Program-made: the position numbers and the translations under genes
In this document: piece after piece, positions 52,851-64,000 of the stretch
Position numbering within the stretch: position 1 is the stretch's first letter
Layout of the letters: the number at the start of each line of letters is the position of its first letter
The notes under the pieces: generated by a model
Seen by the model: the letters and a program-made list of their open reading frames with translations, nothing else
Databases searched by the model: none
What the model was told of the DNA's origin: nothing
Origin: Phoronis australis
Lineage: Eukaryota > Animalia > Phoronida
Direction of reading: 5' to 3'
NCBI GenBank assembly: GCA_002633005.1
Contig: NMRA01001046.1
Span: 556-64,555, forward strand
DNA length: 64,000 nt

Positions 52851-55800
52851 TTTATCGCTCAAGACTACCAGAGAATCTTAACCAAGCACCTTGACCTACA
52901 TTCTGCTTTTACTGACTGTAGCCATCAGGTCACGAGAGTTCATGAACCAGACAGTGTATGTCCTGATGAGTGGCGAATTTGTGTGGAAAAGAAATCTTTG
53001 TGTCCGACATTCCATGTTTAAAACCTCATTTGTAATAACTATTTATAACATATAATTAAGATGAAAGTGTTAATAATCTACGCTGTTGTGGTTGCTCGGC
53101 CTAAACGCTGGGGTAAAATATATATTCAATGAACGTGACCATGGTGAGGCTACTAAACCGGGCCCGGCCACTTTTCCGCCTGGCGAGATTTTGGCAACTC
53201 AACAACCATAATTTTAATTAGGTTGAAATATAACCACTATATTTTTTAAATAATGCTTGAATTATACATGGTGATATGCATGTTAGGTTTTATTCTCTTG
53301 CGATATTTTCTTTTTCGTTCAGTGTCTCGTTATTCAACAACAGCCCAGCAGACCGGACTGGCCGTGGCACGGCACGGCAGCTGATGGTTCACCAAGTAGA
53401 AACGTCTGTAATATTTTATGTTCTATCAACACTAAGGCAAAAGAGAGTGGTTTCAACTGATATAGTATCGATTTAACGAACTGAACCATGCACTATGAAC
53501 ATGTTGGTGGCCATGATTAATAACAGCTGACAGTATAAACAAAGAGTGAAGCACTGAGCTCATCATGTCACGTTGTCACAACGGCGATGTGACGTCAGCA
53601 GCTGTAGAATGTAGGTCAAGGTGCTGGGTCAAGATTCAGTNTGACCCAGCCAGCACTGTCCTACTGTAGACTGGACCGTCATGTTGCGCCATCTATTGTT
53701 CTTTCTTGTTATTGTAGTTGATTGTATGCTCTCTATTTGATTTCTTCGCTAGTCACATGAATGATATCGTGTTCGTCGTCTTTTCGATTAATCCCGCCAA
53801 GTGTCGCTCCTCCGAGCGCTCTCGTTTGTGTTATTGTTTATTTCTCTTTTACTGTATGAGTAAATAGTAGTTTGACTACACGTCAACTACATGCGTATCA
53901 CTCTGTCCGTAAGCCATTTGGCGTGCAATAACTTCACGTTTTCAAAAAATGACGTGAAATATTTGCTGTAGCAAATACACACTTATTAAAGGTAGAATCA
54001 ATAACTTCACTTCTTAGATGTCCGTTCAGGTTTGCTTACGATGAATACATGTATAACGCAGTAGGCTATACCCGCTCTTCGCTCCATGTGGGTCTCCTTC
54101 CGAATGGTGTCCAATGATGGACCAAAGGATTAGCCTTAAGTTATGAGTGATTGTTATCATTTATTACTTTTTGTCGGCAAAAAGGCTCCATCATAAATCA
54201 TATTAACAGCGTGTCCCTACCGTAACAATGACAGGACCTGATTCCTGGGTGATAAAATTGATCGCTGTTAGAAACCAAACGTATGTTAGCCGGGTATCGA
54301 ACCACCGATTCTTTCCAAGGCGAGATATGACCTTAAAATTACCTACGGAGCACTTTATCAACACATCCCAGAATGTATGCGGTCTAAATTAAAAGTTAGA
54401 CTTGTGAGGCATATCGCTTCAGAGATAGTGTACACAAATATTTTTGTAAATTTCTTATCGCGTATGTTGTATTTATTATAGTATTTATTATTATATTTGT
54501 GTATATTATGATAGTGAATTAATAATAAAAGCATTTCCGCTATATTTTAATTTAAACGGATACTAACACAAGATTGTTCATTCGAAACGTAAACCCAAAT
54601 AGTGAGCCTTCAGCGCAATAACAAATAGCTTCAAGCTTAAAAAATGATACTAATTTTGTAGCTTATTTTTATTTTTGTTGCTGCAAAACTACCCAAAACG
54701 GCCGTCGTAGGGAATAACAGCTAATCCGTGCATTCTTGGTCCGCACTCAACAACCGCCACTTGCGATGGGTTTCCGCGGAAAGCACTCCCACTAAAAAAT
54801 AGTGTACAAATTAAAAGAAAAATAAAGCAAAAACTAACATGACTGAAAAATAACGTATGGTTATATTTTAGTGATATCCTTCCACTTACAAAACTTACAT
54901 GTATGTTGTTTCCAATATTGTGAAAAAGTATCATTAAGTGTCACGTTTTACCGCCTAGATGCGTGGTTGAGTTGTCAATGGCTTCCAGTGCGATAATAGA
55001 CTAAAGACTGGCCCTACATGTAATTCCTCACGTTATTACTCTTAACCTTTTGTTCACGCGTGTACTCAGACAAAAGTTTCAACGTTATCTCTAGCCAGTG
55101 CTTCGAAGACTCGGCGTGAGATGAGACACTCGTCCACCGACTGTTGCACTTGTTGATCCAATAACCTTCTGTCTCGGTGAGAAAATGTTCAGCATGACGT
55201 CATTTTGACGTCATTTTGACGTTTTGGACCAGTGTGACGACATGTTTTTTTATTTCCGGGTCCAAACTGTGTCATCTACTGCCATGACACGTCATCCGTG
55301 AACACCCGAATAGCTGGTTCTCTGTCGATTAATACTGTAATTCTGTGACAGCAACTCAGCTGTAACTGTGTCTGTATTTCAAGGCCTAATTCTAAATCTA
55401 CAGACTGTCCCTAACCCGTATTTACATTCTAGAACTTTTCACCTATTCAAGTATATTCTAGAACATTCTAGAATATGCCCAGTCATTCTATCAACATTAA
55501 GTGGGCTCAAACTGTTCCATAATACAGTTCTACATTAACCTCCAATATATTGGATTCTCCTTGAATTAACATTCTCTGGTAATCCATTGTAATCACCACT
55601 GTTCAGATCTAATGGGTCATGCCAATCAAGTGCTACATATACATGTACTGGTGTAGTAAGCTAATAGAACAGTCTTTTAAATGTGATTTGAATAAACCCA
55701 TTGCGTGGTACCCCTGACATTAATTAATACATGGATGGACACGTCGTAGAAAATCTTGAATATACACTGTGTACATGTAGTTTATTCAAGCAATGCAAAC

Positions 55801-55886
55801 AGTTCTATTAAATTGTAATGTAGCTTTGTAGTTGTGTGAGAATCTAAACAAAAAAAAAAACGCTGACGACAACTTATTTCTTTCAG

Positions 55887-56222
55887 ACGGTCCGGATAGC
55901 TTAAATATCAGTGTGAGCAACGGAACTCTTGACTGGTCAAATAATCAGCTGTCTGTGCGCTACATGAAGAACTATACAATCTTCTGTCAGACCGAACTCT
56001 ATCCATCCGCGAGTGTGTTGCTGAGAATTATTTTAAGTGACCTTACAGAAATTGAGACAGATGATGCAGTCGTCTTGACTTCGTCAAGTTATGGAAAAAT
56101 CATCGTTGCCAATGTCACATTTCAAGCCACTTTTGCATCTCACAATAGTAAAGTTACCTGTACAATAACGAATCGTGCCACCAGAGCGTCCAGTTCGCAA
56201 GAAATCAAGATATTGATGTCTG
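55887..56222 (+). CDS. Giant Ig gene, Ig domain 16 (type A-like); GC splice donor
   Basis: ttctttcag| ... G|gcaagt, 336 nt. YGP..NYTIFC..FQATFASHNSKVTCTITN. Confidence 0.82.
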
Positions 56223-57100
56223 GCAAGTACATGTAGATCATGGGTGTGCTTCATCGCTTTCACTGAACACTCTACATGTTTAAAGAAGTTATTCAAGTAG
56301 TGGTGAGACTATGAGTACCTAGCCCTTCTGCGTCACGAGGCTCAATGTACGACGTTTATTTCACTGTTTCCTAAATAGTAGCTTACTGTAAAAGCGTGTT
56401 CACTTGTTCAGCAGCTGATGTGAAACTTCATCAACTTCACATACATTTGCACAACACTTCAACATGCTGCCTTTATCCAGTTACCAAGGTACAGTAGAAC
56501 CCCAGAAAAAATTCCTAAAATTGACGAAATTTGGAGCATCTGAAAACGACTGGCTTTATTCAGATGAAACGTTTGGATATCATACTTTATCCCTGTCTTA
56601 TTGTGGTTACATGTACGTCAGACACATGACCAAATACTAAGTCTTTTAGTTATGTAACGGACTGACAGATCGATTCACTGGGAAATTGGAAACTTGGCTT
56701 GCGAGAGATTTGAACTTGAGTCTCAGAACTTGCAAGCGCACTAAGACTAGGCAGGCGCACTACAAGCAGAATTGATAAAAGTGTATATAATCAAGATTTG
56801 CCCAAGAATACTCAATGTCTGAGACATACTACTTTAATATAATATTATCAACGTAAAAAGAAAACTTTCAAAGCTTTATTTATCGATGTAGGCGAAATAA
56901 TTAAACTTAAAGAACAGTACGCATCGAAGCTGAATAACTAAAAAGTTACATGTAACGAATGCCAAACACAAAATTATGGAAAACATTATAAGTTTGACAG
57001 AGCAAATGACAAAAAATCTTATACTTTTGTTGTCGTCAGTGTTGACCTGATGACCTATGACGCCTTCGAAGTAGTTTCAAAAGCATCGACATGGAGGAAC

Positions 57101-57165
57101 TGAAAGTTTTTAACAGACTGGAGGTTTTTAACAGACTAAGGGTTTCTAACAGACGGAAGGTTTTA
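57101..57165. repeat. 18-bp tandem repeat (ctg.aggtttttaacaga), about 3.5 copies
   Basis: Directly visible. Confidence 0.75.
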
Positions 57166-58528
57166 TATAAATGACAGAAAAGTGAGGAGTAAGTAGGTTA
57201 TTCAATGGTTCCCGGGTTATTAAACGTATTATGAGGAAGAGAGTGTTTTTTTAAAAAATATAATTTGAGGGTTAAGCCCTTAATTGATATTTAAAAAAAA
57301 TTCTTCGAGATACGTTGAATAACGCCACAGCCATCCCAAAAGCTATATTTATGCACTATTTCCAATATAGAAATTTTGTAATTTCAGTGAAGACAATCAA
57401 AATATAAGTTTAACAAAAATGGAAATGGCAATATAAAACGCTGCAACATCATTTTTGATAATTCTGAGCATTTATAAAAAACGAAATTGACAATGTTATA
57501 GAAGCCACGTTATTGCTATTAATGTAACTTTCTGCTAACTTTAATTACATATACATGGATGCGTCGTCATGTGACCTGTTTTGATTCTAAGGGATATCTG
57601 ACTATTTTTGAAAATATACTCATTTACTGAGTTGAAAGTGAATGCTTTTGTGGATATTTGGCTAAGTTCACAAACTACAGGTTCTATATAACCTTAATAT
57701 TGTCACGGCGTGTGATAGTTTAGACTAATGTTGCATCTTGCAGTCGTCTAAATATCTTCCGGAACCCATCAGGGCATGCGCAAATATAAATTCGATATTC
57801 TGCTGTTGGTACTAATGTGTTCTGAACATCCGAATAGGCTGAAGGAAGAAAGTCGCTTTGTGTGACCCGAACTCAGTAATTTCTACGAAAATGTATGTTG
57901 TGGCAGGAATTGTCGTATACGACACATGTTGTCACCGATAATACATACATGTAACCCAATAAGACAAACGTGCTTCACTTACGAATTGTAGTGACATTCA
58001 AGACCCTTAATGATGTTGGCGTTTTTGTAACTTGCATAACGCTAAATCGTCGTGAGAGACCGTCCGGAGTTGGTATATGGTGCAACTCCGGACGGCCTGG
58101 GGTGAACAGAAAACCACAGTTCAACTGTGAGTCTACACCAATGTGACAAATGAGAGTAGTTCTACTTGCTACGTAAGCTGCGGGTATGCTTATCTCTTTT
58201 ATGACACACAATGTGTGACTGGGCAAACGTTTTCAAAATAAAGTGGATAAATCAGCGGAGTGTGAGACCCATGAAGTCCCTGTCAAGTCCTCACATCAAT
58301 TCTACGTTGTGTGTGTCATGGAAGTCTCTGAGTACCGCCTGGGTAACGTATGTATTGATGCATCCCAGCTACGTTGTTTTTAAGCATCCTTGTATCTTTC
58401 CATCGTCTAACCATGTAAACGGCATCTTGCGAAGGTGAAGTTCATCTACGTTAATTAACATTTCATTATATATCAGAACCGGGTGGGTTGAAACGGAATT
58501 TTTTAAGCTATCGCTATTTTAATTGCAG

Positions 58529-58882
58529 AAAAAATGCCGGATTTAAGTGTAATCGTCCAGTCCGTCGCGACAGGAATCATTCACTATAACCATTCTTCGG
58601 AGACCTTGAAACACTATGAAGACCTAACGGAAGGCGTGTCATATTATGTCGAATGCAAGACCGTCGGGACATTGCCAAATATTCAATTAAAGTGGACCAG
58701 ACCGACATTTAGCAATCAAGAGGTCAGCAACGATACGCGTTCAGGTCAAATGTACACCAGCATTCGTTCGTTCACGTTCATTGCCAAAGACATTCACCAC
58801 CAACAATTTATTGGATGTCAAACAAAACAGATGAACTTGGAATACCTGCAACAGGAGGCTGTCTTTAAAATTCATGCCCTGT
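58529..58882 (+). CDS. Giant Ig gene, Ig domain 17 (type B)
   Basis: aattgcag| ... T|gtaagt, 354 nt. GVSYYVEC..IQLKW..FIAKDIHHQQFIGC. Confidence 0.87.
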
Positions 58883-59238
58883 GTAAGTATCACACTACAT
58901 GCACCAACGTACACAATATTTTGAGCAGTTGGAGGCGAAGCCACCTACTTGAAATCTAATTTGCAAAGTCTGCTTCTATACCATGAAGGAAACTTGTGAT
59001 TGTGTGAGAAATGTGTGATGGCTGTCGCCGTTGACGGATTAGATGAAAATAGAGGGAGGGAAGAGCGTAGAATTTTGAAGAAAAAAATACTCAAACGTAC
59101 ACTTCCGTAACTCACACACTTAATGCTACAACAATAATAATATAAATATATAATGATATAAGTCGGCGTGTTATAAACACGATATAGTTATTGATTCTGT
59201 CACATGGTTTAACCTGAACAAGGCTGCCAAGCCCGGTG

Positions 59239-59311
59239 GTCCCGATAGCTTAAAGGTTCAAAGCTCCAGCACAGTTAACAGAAGTTCCGGCATTGGGCCC
59301 TGGTCGGGACA
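59239..59311 (+). pseudogene. tRNA-like relic (tRNA pseudogene or SINE head)
   Basis: 73 nt with a perfect 7-bp acceptor stem GTCCCGA/TCGGGAC plus A, TA then a GCTT..AAGC D-stem. Anticodon and T arms are degenerate. T-run a few nt downstream. Confidence 0.5.
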
Positions 59312-60070
59312 GAGACTTTTTCAGACTGACCTGTAGGTCAACACTGTTTAGTTTGTAAGAACACGAGGAATTCTTGCCTGCGCCATTTCAAAACGCTATT
59401 TTATAACAGTGCAGTTGCAGGTTTCATTTTAGAAACGCGTGGGTATTGGTGTATTGACCCAAACCGCCTCAACTATATGGACCGATCTGGAGAACCTACG
59501 GATGTATGGGTCATTTTTTCCCTTTCGCCTCCAATTTTAAAGGGCTTTTTGGCACAATTTACACGTAAGCTAGCACAGTGCGTCAACGATATTCCGTGTG
59601 TGATAAACGTGTATATGCACTCACAAGTTATGGTAAGATGTTTCTTGTTAAGTTTGGCTGGGCTTGTGTCAGTTGTACAAACATATCCCCATCGACCTTC
59701 AGTGACACTGTTCACAAACTCGTTCAGAGCAAAAGTTTTACAAAAACAATCGACGCGTTATTTGGAATGTCCACGAGTCTCGTGGAATCCTATCGAATCC
59801 ATATCTGAATAGTCCCTTTCACTTAAAAAACTGTATTAAAACGAATGTATGGTTTCAATTGCAACTTACGCGGCTGCTTCAATAATGTTTAATGATTTGT
59901 GAAAAGCTGGAAAATCATATTTTTTGCACTAAGAAAATGTCTACAAATACGCCAATTGACTTTGACAGTTCTTTATAGGCACTTGTTCATTGTCACAAAT
60001 AGCGACACACAGTCATCGCAAGACTCGCTGACGCCGTCGATATGTGTCTTCGATTCACATGTTTTAACAT

Positions 60071-60130
60071 GACTTAATCATACTAAGAGATGGCGTCTTA
60101 AAAGACGCCATCTCTTAGTATGATAAAGTC
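60071..60130. repeat. Near-perfect palindrome: 23-bp perfect stem, 2-nt loop
   Basis: atcatactaagagatggcgtctt-aa-aagacgccatctcttagtatgat, extended by gactt/aagtc after one mismatch. Confidence 0.9.
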
Positions 60131-60849
60131 AGTGGAGATATAGAACACGAAGTGGTATAAGTTCAAACAGAAAACGGTAAAAAAACGAAATCAATTCTGG
60201 CAAAACATACCCTTAAAAATTCAACGTTTAGGTTATTGTTGCTCAAAAAAACGACGTGGAATGGAGGTGAAGTAGGAAAAAACAGGAGACAATTGTGCCA
60301 AGAGTTTGGGAACGTAAATGTAGTGCGTTCACTATCGAATTTGTTTTGTGAACCTATCAGTAGCGGCCTAAGCTACTATTTTGAATGACATTGACAAGGT
60401 GCGTTTTGTGTTTGAATTTCTAAGAATACCCTGATACTTGGGATTTAGGCTGTCGGCTAGTCCCGCCTTTGTCTTAAGAGCGCTTAACCTAAAATGCACA
60501 CCCAGGGGGCGAAGCTCAGGGAGCTCGAATAAGCCCCCCATGTGGCGAAGCGGGCAAGAAGGTTCGCCCCTTAGAGACAAAATGTCCGAGAAAATGGGAC
60601 AAATGTCTACTTAATGAGCACAAACGCGCAATCCACGGTGGTGCTCCAGTTTTTGTTTTGTTTTTTTTTTTAGTCCGCATGCTCCATTAACCTGAGAAAT
60701 ACGAGCCCCCCTAAATTGGAGGCTTGGGTGCGCGCATGCATTTTTAGCGAAATCCAAATCTGTTGAAAATAGAGATAAGTGTAAGACAATACAAGCACCT
60801 CTATTTGTTCTTTTGAACTGTCACATGACTTCACTTTGGTTTGCCACAG

Positions 60850-61221
60850 ATGGACCTTCAACAACTGAAATACGTGTGAACTCAACGACAGGGACCAGCC
60901 TTGGCTACGGCCTGGAGTACGGGCGAGTGTATGTAGCGAGTTGCAAGAGCTCGAGCGTCAGTCGAACAGCAAACGTTTCCTTTGGATTCGAAACTGCCCC
61001 ATCAAAAATAGCTACTGATGCATCAGAGTTGGCAGTTTTCGGTGAAGCAGCTCTTCTGCTACAGACTAATGAGTCTGGAACCAACAACGGATTGAAGTTT
61101 TTATCAAAGATAACGTTTACTGCGGACGCCAGCGTCCATAAGCGAACGCTTCGATGTTTTGCCGAGAATAACATTATATCTCGTTTCAACGCGTCTTCAA
61201 GCGTCGTGGTTTATATTGACA
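60850..61221 (+). CDS. Giant Ig gene, Ig domain 18 (type A)
   Basis: tttgccacag| ... A|gtaggt, 372 nt. YGP..GRVYVASC..VSFGF..ASELAVFG..FTADASVHKRTLRC. Confidence 0.86.
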
Positions 61222-62724
61222 GTAGGTGACCCAATGTTTTGTTTCCAACCTTATCGTTGTCTTATATCACTAAACAACGTTTTGTTGAGATCCCGATCAA
61301 AGTTATTGAAATTTGAATCTCATGGTACATGTACGTAGGATCGGTTACATGTCCTTAAGACCTCGGGCCGGTGTTGGATGCATTACTCAATTTCTCGTTA
61401 AAGTGAGTCTAAACCTACCATTTATTACAGTGTACATGTTTTATTGTCTAGGTAATTCAGAGTGATGATATCGACCTCAATTTGTTGTTTGATAAAAATC
61501 CACGTGGTTCCGGGGATTACAAACGGCTTAGAGTTCGCTTCTGCATGAGATTTACTGTACCTCTTCACGTTGACTTGCTGTGGAGCGTTACTTTAAACTC
61601 CTATCTTGTCTTCAAGCCAGTTCTATGCAAGACTAAAACCCTTTCTCATATTAATAAGGGAAACGTTGAGACCAATTTAATTGCGCTAACTGGCATTACT
61701 CAAATCTAAACATTCTACGGAACGTGGGTTTAAAATTCTACGTCTCATCATAGAATAAACACAGCAGATTGGCTTCTAGTTTTCTGTCCAGTATAACAAA
61801 AAATATAATTTCGGCATTAGCCTTTGGTATTTCCATAGATAATGAATCTAGAAATTTTTAGCAGCGCCGGCGTGCATTCAAGCTTGAATGAAACGCTCTG
61901 TGTACTACGTAAACTGTTCTTGGAGAGCAAGATAGATTCTGAGTAGCCCTGGTGGTAATTTCTGGAGTATTAATTTGACCTTTTTTAAGACATTAACGTT
62001 TTACGAGCGTGCAATTTATTTAAACACGGATGTGACTTCCGCAAAATCGCCAATCTAACTTCCGACAAAAATGACCATGATTAGCAGACGACGTACTAAC
62101 CGGAAATAAAACGTGCTATGTCTGCCAGGTGTCGCTAGTGAACCGTGACGTCACAGCTTAGGCCTACAAATTTCGTCCATTGAAAATTTACGCAGTTGGC
62201 GGTCCATGTACTATAGTCTATTCTCTCGTTAAAACCGTCAGTGATTACTGAAACTTGTAGCAAGCGCCACCTTGTGACTTCCTGGCGAACTCTGTGTACA
62301 GGTACATGTATAACCAGTATTAGAAAAAAAATGTAACTAAATCGCTGTTTAAAGAAAACACCTCCACTGATATACATGTACAGAAAAAAGAAGTGTGATC
62401 GTATAGAAAACCCTAGTAATTCCAAATATTACACAATCATTATTAATAGTCAAATGCACTACATGCAGTAATAAAAACAGTGCCTTGTTTCATAAGGGTA
62501 ACAATGACAAATTACCATAATCAGTCACATAAGAATAGTCTCGCAAAACGTGACTTCTGCGATATTGTGAAGGCAATTGGTTCTCGGAAGACCCTGGGTT
62601 ATTTGTAAACTATACCTTCTTTTGCATATTCACAATTTAATGATGTATAGCATCTTTAAAAACGCTTTACCCACCTCTGTAACACAAATGCAAACCTCAT
62701 CCGATCTTGTAATTATATCCTCAG

Positions 62725-63051
62725 CAAAGGAAACCGACTTGCTCATTTCCGTCTTTGAAATTGGAAGCAAATCGCCAACACCGCCAGACCAGCGCAGTAA
62801 AATAGTTCTTGTTGATGGGTGGAGCTACACAGCAGTATGTCAAACCGACAATGTGATACCTAACATTACAATACACTGGGTGACGTCACCTGGGATGAAA
62901 GTCACCCCAGTTAACGGGACGAATCGCTATCAAGCAACAGTCAATGTCACTGCCAATTCTTCGCTTAAGGACACTGCAATGGAATGCTCTGCGAATCACA
63001 GTGTCATTTTGACGCTAGCATCTTCAAAGACCATAGGACTGGACGTTTACT
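62725..63051 (+). CDS. Giant Ig gene, Ig domain 19 (type B); gene continues beyond the window
   Basis: atcctcag| ... T|gtaaga, 327 nt. GWSYTAVC..ITIHW..TAMECSANH..LDVY. Confidence 0.85.
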
Positions 63052-64000
63052 GTAAGAAAGCTTTTAAATATACCATTTATTTGCAATTTAAAATGATAGC
63101 ACACCCCATTCTGGTTTATTCAGGTAAATGTATACTAACAACAGGTTTTCCATCCACTACCTTGTAACGAAATAATACTCTGTTACCCGGGACCTTCCTC
63201 AAAATTCGAAGGAATTTTGAAAACTCCTTTCAAGGTCGGCGAAACTGGTAAGCACGACCAACGCTTCTAGCGACTTACACGCCATCTTTCGAGTAAGAAC
63301 ACCGAGCATGGACCATAATGTCCGATTTATGAGATGGTGTTTTTGAGTTTTTAATTGATTCCCGCTATATCTTACACGTGTTACGCCAACGATACATTTG
63401 CATGTAAAAGAACGGGATTAATCGAAATCAACAAACCAGGATTATTCTCCTTTTAAGGAAATTTGGCCACTGAGCTCTGAATTGTGGGGAAACGTTTGGT
63501 GAGTTATTTCACCTGGCAATTTACTTGTTTCTTGTATGACTAAAGAGGTATTTCCAAATCGTTATTTAAGTTACTTGAAAACACCTACTTTTCATCAAAA
63601 ACATAGAAGAAACAACCCCAGTGGTTGATCGAGTTTCAAGTTAGAACATCTACAAACACTTTCTAAGGACATGTAAATTAGCTGGGGTTACGAGCATCTA
63701 TTGGGCGATCTATACTGTAGAACGACTGATCGGGACCACTAATCTCGTTAATTGTCGTCCTCCATTGTGTTTAGTGTAAAAACATGGTCAAATTACAGTA
63801 AAATATAGTGATTTGGCAACGCGCTTAACACAAACGTGAACGCGAGAGGTAGGTTTACCTTGCTTACTACATGTACGCCACAACGTCGACCAAAATCGTC
63901 TCTTTAATCTCGTCACACGGACGGCTACATCTTGAAGGCAGTTGATCTGGCTTAAGACCATTGCGTGAATTTCAATTGCTAAATTATATTGTTAATTGTT

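Noticed and set aside
23345-63051. Dscam-style mutually exclusive exon clusters or V(D)J-like segments
   Set aside because: Neighbouring exons are of different types and join into conserved [YF]GP linkers. I saw no consistent CACAGTG/ACAAAAACC signals at exon edges.

Overview
AT-rich, intron-rich metazoan (most likely marine invertebrate) genomic DNA. There are no prokaryotic operons or CRISPR arrays. Two genes can be built from splice sites. (1) On the minus strand, a FAM174-family small type I membrane protein: coding exons 11793-11396 and 7062-6924, with a probable 3'UTR intron. (2) On the plus strand, a very large immunoglobulin-superfamily gene that runs off the right end. It has an S/T/P-rich exon (21727-21834) followed by 19 exons of one Ig-like domain each (23345-63051). 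Every intron is phase 1, the exons join into one frame of about 2,270 aa (after removing one N at 31089), and no transmembrane segment has appeared yet. The domains are mostly an alternating A-B pair repeated 8 times, plus 3 interspersed domains. Type A lacks the canonical Trp and often carries an FGF...IA.ASEM..FG.G.L insert. One donor is a GC site, and two single-exon skips would create stop codons at the junction. Introns and intergenic DNA hold MITEs, Helentron-like (HINE/DINE-1-type) non-autonomous elements, minisatellites, palindromes, a tRNA-like relic and an inverted repeat with Penelope-type hammerhead ribozyme remnants. All family assignments come from motif recognition by eye; no searches were run.
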